From positions 1 through 64,000 of IMG/VR virus record IMGVR_UViG_3300046318_000439: a stretch of 64,000 nucleotides of DNA; one strand, written 5' to 3'. The position numbers were made by a program, and so were the translations under genes. Source of the stretch: a virus. Lineage: Duplodnaviria > Caudoviricetes. Below the pieces are notes generated by a model. The model was given only the letters and a program-made list of their open reading frames with translations. It was not told the DNA's origin and ran no database searches. This document shows, one piece after another, positions 20,828 to 30,930 of the stretch; the first letter of the stretch is position 1; the number at the start of each line of letters is the position of its first letter.

Positions 20828-21519
20828 TAGTTAATATTATAATCTCTTGATCTAAAATTAGGAGAAACCATTGTACATCCAGAGCCATGTCTCAACAAAA
20901 AGTCAGCACTGTTTGATCCACTTGCGGTTGTAATCTGAAAACCAACTTTAACAATTAAAAATTCATTATTTAATCTTACAGCTGGTGCTGCCCATGTTAC
21001 AGTTGAAGCGCGCGTTGTGGTTGTTGTTGGGGCCGATGCAATCGTTCCAGCTTGCATAGCTCCAGTCAATTCTGTTACGTTAGAAAAGGCAGTGCCGTTC
21101 CGAGTCCCTTTAAACACTCTCAAATTGATACGACCAGCTCCAGTAGCAGCGGCTGTCACGGATATTAAGTTAAATGTAAAGATCCAGTTTCCTGCAGGAA
21201 ATACGCCATTGTATTCATATAAGGAACAAATTGATCCTGTGTGGTATAATAATGTAGGTGGCGTATATGTTGCGGTAGCTGCAAACGAACCTGTTGCTGT
21301 CGGAGCAGTGGTATTAGGAACAACAGTAGTTGAAAAAGCAGCTACTTCAGATCCTTGTACTAAATCACGATAGTTGTTAGCTGCTGTTTTAGCAACTGTC
21401 CAACCAGAAGCAGAAGTTGCTTGTGCTGGTGCAGTTGCGTTAGATGGGTCCCACCAAAGAATATTCGCTGGAGACCCACCTGTAGCAACTTGTCTTAAGG
21501 TCCATGTTTTAACTGCCAT
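20827..21519 (-). CDS. Hypothetical Thr/Ala-rich virion protein, 230 aa
   Basis: Long ORF within the structural operon; beta-rich composition. Confidence 0.6.
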   Translation of the reverse strand: MAVKTWTLRQVATGGSPANILWWDPSNATAPAQATSASGWTVAKTAANNYRDLVQGSEVAAFSTTVVPNTTAPTATGSFAATATYTPPTLLYHTGSICSLYEYNGVFPAGNWIFTFNLISVTAAATGAGRINLRVFKGTRNGTAFSNVTELTGAMQAGTIASAPTTTTTRASTVTWAAPAVRLNNEFLIVKVGFQITTASGSNSADFLLRHGSGCTMVSPNFRSRDYNIN

Positions 21520-21880
21520 CCGTCACAACCTCAAATTTAAAAGCACAATCTGGATAATCTTGAATATGCTCTGGTATGGTTGGCCATACGTTGCAACCAT
21601 TCTTGTAATATAAAGTATCACGTCCTACACATCCAGCTAAGCCATCTTCCATCCATCTAAAATACGCACACTTGCCAGGCACTACTGGCTCTATGCCAGG
21701 AGCATTTCCATTTCCATCAACATCTTTAAAAATGTTTTCTATATCATCACAGCAGTTTCCACATCTATTACATCGACCAGTTCTACGTAGTTGCAGCCCT
21801 TCTTCATTTTGAAAAATAACTTCACCATCAGAATTCTGATCGACGTTGTTAGGAAAACCTACTGGGTAAATTGGTATCAT
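21509..21880 (-). CDS. YkgJ-like CxxCxxCC cysteine-cluster protein, 123 aa
   Basis: GRCNRCGNCC ... GKCAYF ... GCVG ... GCNVWP ... DCAF pattern; 11-bp overlap with the downstream gene. Confidence 0.7.
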   Translation of the reverse strand: MIPIYPVGFPNNVDQNSDGEVIFQNEEGLQLRRTGRCNRCGNCCDDIENIFKDVDGNGNAPGIEPVVPGKCAYFRWMEDGLAGCVGRDTLYYKNGCNVWPTIPEHIQDYPDCAFKFEVVTDGS

Positions 21881-21884
21881 ATTA

Positions 21885-24800
21885 TTAGAATGTTAAACTT
21901 ACTGAAAATTCGTTGACTGTGCCAGATACGGCAGTTGTTTCTAACCACACAAAGTTACCAGCTGGAATAGACGCGCTAGCAATAGTGGCAGCTGTACCTG
22001 TTGTAGTGCTTGTCACTGTAGCAGCAGAAACAGCTGCTGTACCAGTTGAACTTCTATCAGAAGCATAGCGTATGGTATATGTTACAGATGGAGTAGCAGA
22101 GCCTCGTAATACAGCTCTAACTTCCGAAAGCGTTATTGCATCCACAGCATAGAAGAATGTAATATCTTCAGCTGATGTTGGATCCATTACTGATAATGAT
22201 TTTGGAGATGCAGAACCGGCGGTACCGACAGAACCAGTAAAACCAACAGAACCAGTAAATCCAGCAGATCCAGTAAAGCCAGTTCCCTCACTACCTGTGA
22301 ATCCAACTGAACCAGTAAAGCCAGTACTGCCAGCAGAGCCAGTGAAGCCAGAACCTGCTGAACCAGTATATCCAAGTATACCTTGGTTGGCTAGTTCTAC
22401 CCACTGCGAACTTGTTCCATCATTGAAGTATATGAATTGTGTACCATTATCATCAATCCACAAATCTCCATTCAGCGGCGAAGAAGGAGCAGTGGAAGAG
22501 AATGTCACGTTTACACCACCGGCAGATCCAGTGAAGCCAGAACCTTGACTACCAGTGAATCCAGCAGAACCAGTAAAGCCAACAGAGCCTGTGAATCCAG
22601 CAGAACCAGTGAATCCAGCAGAACCAGTAAAGCCTACACCTTGACTACCTGTGAAGCCAGTAGAACCAGCAAATCCAGTATCACCTTGGCTACCTGTAAA
22701 GCCTACACCTTGACTACCTGTGAATCCAACAGAGCCAGTAAAGCCAGTATCGCCTCGACTTCCCGTGAAACCTATATTACCTTGACTACCTGTGAATCCA
22801 ACAGAGCCAGTAAATCCAGTATCACCTTGACTTCCTATAAAACCAGTATTGCCTTGACTACCAGTAAATCCTATATCTCCCTGACTACCAGTAAAGCCAA
22901 CAGAACCAGTAAAGCCTACGTCGCCTTTAGACCCAGTAAAGCCTACATCGCCTTTAGAGCCAGTAAATCCTATATCTCCCTGACTACCAGTAAAGCCAAC
23001 AGAACCAGTAAAGCCTACGTCGCCTTTAGAACCAGTAAAACCTATATTACCTTGAGAGCCAGTGAAGCCTGTATCTCCACGACTACCGGTAAAGCCTTGA
23101 CTACCAGTGAAACCTATATCGCCTTTGGATCCAGTAAATCCAGTATCTCCACGACTACCGGTAAAGCCTTGACTGCCAGTAAAGCCGATGTCGCCTTGGC
23201 TACCAGTAAAGCCTGTATCACCACGACTACCGGTGAAGCCTTGTGAGCCTGTAAAGCCTATATCACCTTGAGATCCAGTAAAGCCTTGACTGCCAGTAAA
23301 GCCTATATCACCTTGACTACCAGTGAATCCACGACTACCAGTATATCCAACAAAAGTACCAACGTCACTCCATGCAGATCCATCCCATATCCAAAGATTA
23401 CCGGTATCGGATGTTACGTAAGCATCTCCGGCTGTATTGCCGCTAGAAGGTAAATTGCTAGATGTTGCTACAACACCTTTTACTGTAATTGAAGTTCCAT
23501 CATTACCACGACTACCAGTAAACCCTTGTGAGCCAGTAAATCCAGTATCCCCTTGGCTACCAGTAAATCCAGTATCGCCTCTAGAACCAGTAAAACCAAT
23601 ATCGCCTTGACTGCCAGTGAACCCTTGGCTACCAGTAAATCCAGTATCGCCTCTAGAACCAGTAAAACCTATATCACCTTGAGAGCCAGTGAACCCTTGA
23701 CTACCAGTATAGCCGATGTCACCCTTACTTCCAGTAAAACCAATATCTCCCTGACTACCAGTAAAGCCTTGACTGCCAGTATAACCAATATCTCCCTTTG
23801 AGCCAGTGAAACCAAGGTCGCCTTGAGAACCAGTAAAGCCTGTGTCTCCACGACTACCAACGAATCCAGTATCGCCTTTAGAACCAGTAAAACCTATATT
23901 ACCTTGAGAGCCGGTGAAGCCAACGACACCTTGCGATCCAGTATAACCCTGACTACCAGTAAAGCCTATGTCACCTTGACTACCAGTAAAGCCAAGGTCT
24001 CCTTTAGAACCAGTATATCCAATTATACCAGCGTTTGTCAACTCTACCCACTGACTGCTAGTGCCATCGTTAAAGTACCAATACTGAACTCCGGTTGTGG
24101 AGTCTACCCACACATCGTTTTCGTTCGGTGATACTGGAGGAGTACTTTGGAAGTATGTCATCACAGCACCACGGCTACCAGTAAAGCCTATGTCACCTTG
24201 GCTACCAGTAAAGCCTTGTGATCCAGTATAACCTATATCACCACGGCTACCAGTAAATCCAGTATCACCCCTAGAGCCTGTGTACCCTATATCGCCTTGA
24301 CTACCAGTGAATCCTATATCGCCTTTGGATCCTGTGAATCCAGTATCACCACGACTACCAGTATAACCCACATCGCCCTTGTCGCCAGTACGTGCAAAAG
24401 AGATGAATATATCTTCATTATTACTAAATGATGTTGCAGAACCAGCAATGTAATTACAACTTACCTCAAAGTAACCTGTTTGTTCTGTAATTGATGAAAT
24501 GGTGAATAAGGCAAAGTCATTGCTATCCTGCTTATTAGATATTCTAAAATGACCTTTGATTGTGCTTGTGCTGTCATCGATCGTACGCAGATATTGTTGT
24601 ATATCAAAAGCCCCATCACTTTCATCATCGATGTATAAAGTTGTAGCAAGAGATATATCTGCATTGTTAAACTTTAGATAACCGCTTGTCGGGTCACTGC
24701 CTGTCGTATCAGTACTAAACGTGTAGTCAAAAGAAGCACCACCGAAGCCACCTTGGCTACCAGTAAATCCTAAAGAGCCTGTGAAGCCAAAAGAACCAGT

Positions 24801-25598
24801 AAATCCAGTATCCCCTCGGCTACCAGTAAATCCTTGGCTACCGGTAAATCCTTGGCTACCAGTGTAGCCTTGAGATCCAACAAAGCCAGTATCGCCCTTG
24901 GAACCTGTAAATCCAATATCTCCTTTAGAGCCTGTGAAGCCGAAAGAACCAGTAAATCCAGTATCCCCTCGGCTACCAGTAAATCCTTGGCTACCAGTAA
25001 AACCACGCGATCCTGTATAACCAACAAATGGACCTACGTTCACCCATTGACTGCCGTCCCAAACCCATATATCGCCTGTATCAGATGTTACATAAGCATC
25101 ACCTGATGTTGCGCCGCCTGGTAGATTACTTGATGTAGTTACTACACCTTTAAGATTGACAGAAGTACCGTCTAAACCTTTAGAACCAGTAAAGCCTTGA
25201 GAACCAGTAAAACCTTGAGAACCAACATATCCCAAAACACCTTGAGATCCAGTATAACCAGTTAAGCCACGTGAGCCAGAATATCCTATAGGACCTTGCG
25301 AACCAGTATAACCTATATTTGTAGGGTCGGCAAATAATACCCACTGAGCACCATCGTAGATGTATGTCTTACCAGTTGTTGTATCGCGCCAGAGATCGCC
25401 AGCGAAGGGAGAGGAAGGTGCAGTTGTGCTATCCGTTACGGGCTTGTCAAATTTAACGACCGCGTCCGTACCGTCGTTCTTTTTGATGTATATTCTACCG
25501 TCATATGTATTGACGGCCAATTCACCAAGAGCAAGGTCTGTTGTGAGCGGTACTTTTCCAGCAACCGCACTGCGTTTTATCTTTATTTCATTAGCCAT
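21885..25598 (-). CDS. Collagen-like tail fibre, 1237 aa
   Basis: Fibre N-terminal anchor (IKIKRSAVAGKVP..TDLALGELAVNTYDGRIYIK; Mtd_N-like), long Gly-X-Y runs (GFT-GSQ-GDI), interspersed globular knuckles. Confidence 0.85.
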   Translation of the reverse strand: MANEIKIKRSAVAGKVPLTTDLALGELAVNTYDGRIYIKKNDGTDAVVKFDKPVTDSTTAPSSPFAGDLWRDTTTGKTYIYDGAQWVLFADPTNIGYTGSQGPIGYSGSRGLTGYTGSQGVLGYVGSQGFTGSQGFTGSKGLDGTSVNLKGVVTTSSNLPGGATSGDAYVTSDTGDIWVWDGSQWVNVGPFVGYTGSRGFTGSQGFTGSRGDTGFTGSFGFTGSKGDIGFTGSKGDTGFVGSQGYTGSQGFTGSQGFTGSRGDTGFTGSFGFTGSLGFTGSQGGFGGASFDYTFSTDTTGSDPTSGYLKFNNADISLATTLYIDDESDGAFDIQQYLRTIDDSTSTIKGHFRISNKQDSNDFALFTISSITEQTGYFEVSCNYIAGSATSFSNNEDIFISFARTGDKGDVGYTGSRGDTGFTGSKGDIGFTGSQGDIGYTGSRGDTGFTGSRGDIGYTGSQGFTGSQGDIGFTGSRGAVMTYFQSTPPVSPNENDVWVDSTTGVQYWYFNDGTSSQWVELTNAGIIGYTGSKGDLGFTGSQGDIGFTGSQGYTGSQGVVGFTGSQGNIGFTGSKGDTGFVGSRGDTGFTGSQGDLGFTGSKGDIGYTGSQGFTGSQGDIGFTGSKGDIGYTGSQGFTGSQGDIGFTGSRGDTGFTGSQGFTGSQGDIGFTGSRGDTGFTGSQGDTGFTGSQGFTGSRGNDGTSITVKGVVATSSNLPSSGNTAGDAYVTSDTGNLWIWDGSAWSDVGTFVGYTGSRGFTGSQGDIGFTGSQGFTGSQGDIGFTGSQGFTGSRGDTGFTGSQGDIGFTGSQGFTGSRGDTGFTGSKGDIGFTGSQGFTGSRGDTGFTGSQGNIGFTGSKGDVGFTGSVGFTGSQGDIGFTGSKGDVGFTGSKGDVGFTGSVGFTGSQGDIGFTGSQGNTGFIGSQGDTGFTGSVGFTGSQGNIGFTGSRGDTGFTGSVGFTGSQGVGFTGSQGDTGFAGSTGFTGSQGVGFTGSAGFTGSAGFTGSVGFTGSAGFTGSQGSGFTGSAGGVNVTFSSTAPSSPLNGDLWIDDNGTQFIYFNDGTSSQWVELANQGILGYTGSAGSGFTGSAGSTGFTGSVGFTGSEGTGFTGSAGFTGSVGFTGSVGTAGSASPKSLSVMDPTSAEDITFFYAVDAITLSEVRAVLRGSATPSVTYTIRYASDRSSTGTAAVSAATVTSTTTGTAATIASASIPAGNFVWLETTAVSGTVNEFSVSLTF
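22200..25320 (-). repeat. Coding Gly-X-Y triplet repeats (GFTGSQG/GYTGSRG) in six blocks
   Basis: Plus-strand 9/18/27-bp periodic motifs such as accagtaaagcc, ccttgactaccagt. Confidence 0.85.
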
Positions 25599-25638
25599 TT
25601 GGCATCCCTACAAATTTGCTATATAGCAGAGGAAAACG

Positions 25639-25667
25639 TTGATTACAACAGTATTTAGTTGTATAAT
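25639..25667 (+). promoter_or_regulatory. Sigma70-type promoter for the glycosyltransferase fusion
   Basis: TTGATT (25639-44), 17-nt spacer, TATAAT (25662-67), 32 nt upstream of the ATG at 25700. Confidence 0.65.
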
Positions 25668-25699
25668 TATTAGTAATTTTCGATATATTTAGGTATTTG

Positions 25700-28600
25700 A
25701 TGATCTCCATAGCAATTATTGATGTTCTTGGTTTGACATATGATGGCACGACACTAGAGAAGCGTGGACTGGGTGGTTCTGAGTCAGCTATAATCCTTAT
25801 GGCCCGTGAGTTGGCTAAAGTAGGATTTAATGTTACTGTGTTTAACAATTGTATTGATTCGCAGTCAGAGGAAGGTGTTTATGATGGCGTAAAATATATT
25901 GACCTTACAAACATTAACACTTCTCCACAGAACTACGATGTTGTAATTTCTTCCCGAACGGTTGTTCCGTTTCTACCAGAACATCTTTGGTCACAGTTCC
26001 AGTATAACCCTTCAGCATTTAAACAAATCAAACAAAACGCAAAACTAAAAATCATGTGGATGCATGATACGTTTTGCACTGGAGATCATCTGCTTGAAGA
26101 TATGTTAGTGCGCGGTGATATTGATGAGATTTTCACACTATCTGATTTTCATACATCGTACGTAACAACATGCGCACATGGACGCAAGCGTAACTTTGAA
26201 GTATTAAAGAATAAGATTTACATGACGCGTAACGGAGCTGTTGCGCACAATAAAGAAATAGATTACAGTAAAAAAGATCCAAACCTTTTTGTTTACAATG
26301 CCTCAGTAACAAAAGGAATGATTCCACTCGTTACAAAGATCTGGCCAAAACTAAAAGAAAAAGCCCCAAATATTAAACTAAAAGTAATTGGGGGTTATTA
26401 TAGGTTTAGAGATGGCGCCCCGCCTGATGCTCAAGAAGTAAAGTTCTGGCAGCTAGCAGATGAACCAAAAAATAAAGAGTTGGGTATAGAATTTACTGGA
26501 ATTATAAAACAATCAGAAATTGCTGACATCCTTGCCTCTGCATCTTTCATGATATATCCTGGAGCGTTTCCAGAAACATTTGGTATATCATCGCTCGAGG
26601 CGTTATTGAATAACACACCAATTATAACAACGCGTTTTGGAGCATTAGAAGAAACAGCAATCGGTGGTGCATGTTATTTAATGGACTATGCCATTGAACC
26701 AAATAGCTTATTTCCAGAAATTAATCACGAACGACAGGTTGATCAGTTTGTAGATCTCACTTTACAATCATACCACAACCGTTACTTGCATCAACAAAAA
26801 TCATACTATTGTAATATTATAAAAGATGTTAGTGGTTGGGATTCAGTATCACTACAATGGAAACAACATCTTTATAAGAAACTTGGAATGTGTTTACCGG
26901 TTGATGATTACCGCAAAGTATCTAAAATCAACTTTAAAGTTCAAAAAGTATTCGGAAGAAGATTTTCAAATATTGAAGAATTATCATATCCACGCCAATC
27001 AACTGAACAGCGTATTGTTGTTGTGAGCCCATTATATAACGCGCAAGACTATGTAAGTAAGTGCATTCAATCAGTAGCTCAACAGGATTATGATAATTAT
27101 CACCATTACATTATTGATGATTGTTCAACAGACAATACCAGTCGTGTAGTACACGAAACAATACAAAAGCTACCGGAACAGTTACGGGAAAGATTCACCC
27201 TAATAACCAATAAAGAAAATTATGGAGCTGTATACAATCAAATTTCCTTAATACGGGATTTAAATGACAATGATGTTGTTATGTTATTAGATGGGGACGA
27301 CTGGCTAGTTAATGATAATAACGTTTTTAGCTACTACAACAATCTGTATGATGGCACAACGGAGTTTACATATGGATCGTGTTGGTCTGTTGTGGACAAT
27401 ATTCCGTTAATCTCACAACCTTATCCAGAGCATATAAAAAAATCTAAGCAATATAGAAACCACAAGTTTAATTGGGGTATTCCATACACACATCTTAGAA
27501 CATTTAAAAAGTATTTACTTAATAACGTCGATGATGCAGCTTTTAAAGATTCAGAAGGACATTGGTACAAAGCTGGTGGAGATGGATCTACCTTCTATAA
27601 CATTATTGAACAAGCTGATCCAGATAAAGTGAAGGTAGTACAAGATATTGTGTATAATTACAACGATGCTTCTCCTCTCAACGACTATAAAGTAAATGGT
27701 GCATTACAAAACCGCAACGCAAGACAAATACAACAGAAAAAGCAGATTATGAAAACAATTTTGATAGCAGTACCTACAGCAAAGAACATTGAGGTGGATA
27801 CATTTAAATCCATATACGATCTAACCGTGCCAGAAGGATATAAGACTACATTCCAATACTTTTATGGATATAACATCGATCAGGTTAGAAACTTAATTGC
27901 TGATTGGGTGGTGAAGGGGTTTGATTATCTTTTGTCTGTAGATAGTGATATAGTACTTCCTAAAGACACTCTCGTAAAGATGTTACAGCATGATAAAGAT
28001 TTAGTAACAGGCGTTTATATACAACGCAAGCACGGTGTGCAAATACCAGAGATGTATCAGCTAAATTCCTTTGGAGGAGTTGCTAATATGTCGCTGGATC
28101 AGCTTGCGACAAATAATCTGACAGAAATTGCAGGTTGTGGTTTTGGTTGCGTGTTGGTTAAAAAGGAGGTGTTTGCAAAAGTAGGATATCCTCAATTCGA
28201 ATATCATTCAGCTATCGATCATAAATTCACTGTATCGGAAGATGTAGACTTCTGTAGAAAGGCACGCGATGCAGGATTTAAATTATATGTAGATCCAACA
28301 ATCGTTTGCGATCACATTGGTGGCTTTGTGTTTAAACCATCAATTCCAGAAGCTAGACCAGTCGATAATACTGAGCAACGATTGAGAGAGCTAGGTAGTT
28401 GGCCATTGCTACCGAAAACGCATATCGACTACCTACACAAACTTAAAACCGATTATAATTTTGAACCAAAGGTAGTGTATGACATTGGTGCATGTGTACT
28501 GCATTGGACTAATGAAGCAAAGCAAGTTTGGCCAGATGCTGAGTTTGTTGTGTTTGAAGCAATGGAAGCTGCTGAGTTTCTTTATAAAGAAAAAGGATAT

Positions 28601-29047
28601 AAGTACAACATCGGTTTACTGAGTGATCGCGATAATCGATTAATTGACTTTTACGAGAACACAACTCATCCAGGTGGTAACTCTTACTATAAAGAAAACC
28701 CACAAATCAATCCAAGTGCTTCTGAATGTTTCAACGAAACTCATAAAAAAACTCTTAGATCCATTACCGTTGATACCGTAATGAAACAAAAGAAATTTCC
28801 TTTACCTGATCTCGTGAAGATGGATGTGCAGGGAGCGGAGCTTGATGTGTTACGAGGTATGGAAAGATCGCTGAGAAAGTGCAAGCATTTGATTCTAGAA
28901 TTGCAGCACGTACCTTATAACGAAGGAGCTCCATTGAAGGATGCTGTTATAAGAGAGGTAGAAAAAATGGGATTCAAATTGGAGACACCCCTATTCAGCA
29001 TGAATAAGGATATCGATGGAGACTACCACTTCATTAGAGTAGACTAA
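25700..29047 (+). CDS. Four-domain fusion: GT-B (GT4-like) + GT2 + GT-A-like glycosyltransferase + FkbM-family methyltransferase, 1115 aa
   Basis: WMHD and FPETFGISSLEAL (GT-B); SPLYNAQDY..IIDDCSTD..LDGDDW (GT2); SVDSDIV..CGFGCVLVK..SEDVDFC (GT-A); YDIGA..FEA..KMDVQGAELDVLRG (FkbM). ATG at 25700 preferred over the TTG at 25697. Confidence 0.88.
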   Translation: MISIAIIDVLGLTYDGTTLEKRGLGGSESAIILMARELAKVGFNVTVFNNCIDSQSEEGVYDGVKYIDLTNINTSPQNYDVVISSRTVVPFLPEHLWSQFQYNPSAFKQIKQNAKLKIMWMHDTFCTGDHLLEDMLVRGDIDEIFTLSDFHTSYVTTCAHGRKRNFEVLKNKIYMTRNGAVAHNKEIDYSKKDPNLFVYNASVTKGMIPLVTKIWPKLKEKAPNIKLKVIGGYYRFRDGAPPDAQEVKFWQLADEPKNKELGIEFTGIIKQSEIADILASASFMIYPGAFPETFGISSLEALLNNTPIITTRFGALEETAIGGACYLMDYAIEPNSLFPEINHERQVDQFVDLTLQSYHNRYLHQQKSYYCNIIKDVSGWDSVSLQWKQHLYKKLGMCLPVDDYRKVSKINFKVQKVFGRRFSNIEELSYPRQSTEQRIVVVSPLYNAQDYVSKCIQSVAQQDYDNYHHYIIDDCSTDNTSRVVHETIQKLPEQLRERFTLITNKENYGAVYNQISLIRDLNDNDVVMLLDGDDWLVNDNNVFSYYNNLYDGTTEFTYGSCWSVVDNIPLISQPYPEHIKKSKQYRNHKFNWGIPYTHLRTFKKYLLNNVDDAAFKDSEGHWYKAGGDGSTFYNIIEQADPDKVKVVQDIVYNYNDASPLNDYKVNGALQNRNARQIQQKKQIMKTILIAVPTAKNIEVDTFKSIYDLTVPEGYKTTFQYFYGYNIDQVRNLIADWVVKGFDYLLSVDSDIVLPKDTLVKMLQHDKDLVTGVYIQRKHGVQIPEMYQLNSFGGVANMSLDQLATNNLTEIAGCGFGCVLVKKEVFAKVGYPQFEYHSAIDHKFTVSEDVDFCRKARDAGFKLYVDPTIVCDHIGGFVFKPSIPEARPVDNTEQRLRELGSWPLLPKTHIDYLHKLKTDYNFEPKVVYDIGACVLHWTNEAKQVWPDAEFVVFEAMEAAEFLYKEKGYKYNIGLLSDRDNRLIDFYENTTHPGGNSYYKENPQINPSASECFNETHKKTLRSITVDTVMKQKKFPLPDLVKMDVQGAELDVLRGMERSLRKCKHLILELQHVPYNEGAPLKDAVIREVEKMGFKLETPLFSMNKDIDGDYHFIRVD

Positions 29048-29253
29048 TCAGTCTGTTTGAAATCGTCTTCTTGTTCGACTGAACCAGGCTCTTTTGTGCC
29101 TGGTTCATTGTCTTTTTCTTGTTGAGCTAATAGAGCGTTGTATCTTTGCTCTAATAGTACTAACTTTGTTTCTAACATTACATTCTTATTTGTCAATTCA
29201 CTATTCAGTGCCAACATCCGTTGAATGTAAGCATTCAAAAATTCATGATCCAA
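29044..29253 (-). CDS. Small coiled-coil hypothetical protein
   Basis: AAGGAG RBS 7 nt before a TTG at 29253 (ORF track starts at 29259); heptad Leu pattern; stop overlaps the GT stop convergently. Confidence 0.55.
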   Translation of the reverse strand: MDHEFLNAYIQRMLALNSELTNKNVMLETKLVLLEQRYNALLAQQEKDNEPGTKEPGSVEQEDDFKQTD

Positions 29254-29271
29254 AATCAAACTCCTTAATAA

Positions 29272-30693
29272 TTAAAACGACCCACCATCAATTCCAGCGA
29301 ATGCTGGTACGTTAGAAATAACTTGTAATACTTGTCCATTAGCACCAGCGGCAGTTGTTTGTAATGCAGCTGAACCATTACCATACAAAACGCCATTTTG
29401 TGTGTGCGTTGTTGTTCCAGTACCACCGCTACCAACTGGTAGAGCTGTTGCTAAAGATAATGTATTTGCTGCCAATGCAACGGCATATGTGCTGTTTGCT
29501 GTAATTGAGAAATTAGTTGCATTTGCTACAAAACCGCCGACTTCGAAGAAAGCATTCAAAGTAGCTAACTTGTAGGATAGAGCAGCTGTGTCTACAGTCG
29601 TTGAAGGTTCAGCTTCTAATCCTGTAAATATTTTATATTTGCCATCAGACGCGTCACGGAAAATACCAGTGTAGAAATCTGTTGTATTGTTAGCATATAC
29701 AGAGTAGAAACCAGCATCAATTGCATCGCCAGCTGAGTTAGCTACGTTATTGTTTTTAGCCAATTTAAACATTGGATCTTCGACGACTAAGTTGACTGTG
29801 TCAATAGTAGTCAAAGTACCGTTAATGTTTACGTTACCAGAAACAGTTAAATCGTTGTTGATTGTAACGTTATTAGCAACTAAATTAGCCGTAACGTTTG
29901 CATCGCCGGTGATGTCTAAAGCAACACCAGGGGTTGTGTCGTTAATACCAATACGATTGTTTACTGTATCAACAAATAAAACACCAGAATCGAAATTGAC
30001 GTTAGCATTAAATGTGGCTAGGTTACTGAATGTAGCATTGCCTGTAACAGCAATAGTATTACTGAATGTAGCATTACCAGTTACAGTAATTGTGTTGCTA
30101 AACGTTGCATTACCAGTTACAGTTAGTTTACCACCTAATGCAGTATTACCAGATACGTTGGCTGTACCAACAACTTGTAAGCTAGCATCTGGAGCTGTAG
30201 TTAAAATACCAACGCGGTTATTGAAAGCATCAACGAACAATGTATCAGTGTCATAAACAACGTTGCCACTACCAAAAGTCGTAATGCCGTTGAATGATAG
30301 ATTACCACTAACTGTTAACGTTCCACCAACTGTTGCGTTACCGCTAATATTAGCAGTACCAGAAACAACTAAGGTTGCAGCTGCGTTTGTTGTACCATCT
30401 GGACCAATAACAATTGTATTTGTCTTAAACTGATCTAAGAAGTTATTGGCGTTTGTGACAACGACAGCGTTAGCTGTTAGAACACCACCAGATCCAGAAT
30501 CAGTATTGGCCTGATGGATAAAGCTGTATTTACCACCAGCAATACGCAATGGCGTACCTGGCGTCACCGCAATCGGATCACCAATGAATAGCGAATTGGC
30601 AGTGTTTAAGAACGAAAACGCTAGTTCGCCATTAGCTAACGACGCTGGTGCGCTTTGGCTGGTACTGCGTTTTATTTGAATAATATTGGACAT
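29272..30693 (-). CDS. Tail-fibre-like protein, 473 aa
   Basis: N-terminal IQIKRST...SLANGELAFS anchor; NATFSNTI.VTG beta repeats; LFVD..NNR(V/I)GI and LVVEDP motifs common in T4-like fibres. Confidence 0.75.
   Translation of the reverse strand: MSNIIQIKRSTSQSAPASLANGELAFSFLNTANSLFIGDPIAVTPGTPLRIAGGKYSFIHQANTDSGSGGVLTANAVVVTNANNFLDQFKTNTIVIGPDGTTNAAATLVVSGTANISGNATVGGTLTVSGNLSFNGITTFGSGNVVYDTDTLFVDAFNNRVGILTTAPDASLQVVGTANVSGNTALGGKLTVTGNATFSNTITVTGNATFSNTIAVTGNATFSNLATFNANVNFDSGVLFVDTVNNRIGINDTTPGVALDITGDANVTANLVANNVTINNDLTVSGNVNINGTLTTIDTVNLVVEDPMFKLAKNNNVANSAGDAIDAGFYSVYANNTTDFYTGIFRDASDGKYKIFTGLEAEPSTTVDTAALSYKLATLNAFFEVGGFVANATNFSITANSTYAVALAANTLSLATALPVGSGGTGTTTHTQNGVLYGNGSAALQTTAAGANGQVLQVISNVPAFAGIDGGSF
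30021..30125 (-). repeat. Three tandem 36-bp coding repeats (VTGNATFSNTI)
   Basis: ttactgaatgtagcatt(g/a)cc(t/a)gt(a/t)aca repeated within 29272..30693. Confidence 0.7.
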
Positions 30694-30927
30694 TTAAAAT
30701 GTTCCCCCGTCTAGATTTAATTCTTGTACGACATATTTATCTGTTGCTGAATTGTACACTAACGTTGCGTTGTTAGCGGCCGTTTCTCCCTCAATAACAT
30801 CATCTAGATTGTCAAGCCTGTTAAGCGAAACTGCAGTGGAACCTGAAAGCGTTAAAACATCAGTAGATTGGAATGTATCTATTGGTGTAAATTCAACTAC
30901 TATTCGATTAGTGGTATCAATTGCCAT
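30694..30927 (-). CDS. Small structural hypothetical protein, 77 aa
   Basis: L..LDDV.......N.TLVYNSAT.KY motif; ends LDGGTF like the neighbouring fibre (IDGGSF). Confidence 0.65.
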   Translation of the reverse strand: MAIDTTNRIVVEFTPIDTFQSTDVLTLSGSTAVSLNRLDNLDDVIEGETAANNATLVYNSATDKYVVQELNLDGGTF

Positions 30928-30930
30928 CGA

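Noticed and set aside
22297-25106. Plus-strand ORFs up to 269 aa (e.g. 22437..23246) and other short antisense ORFs throughout
   Set aside because: These are shadow frames of low-complexity collagen, RCC1 or Thr/Asn-rich coding sequence, with no RBS or recognisable motifs.
1-25320. CRISPR array or non-coding tandem repeats
   Set aside because: All periodic DNA lies in open frames encoding RCC1 or collagen repeats; there is no identical repeat-unique spacer structure.
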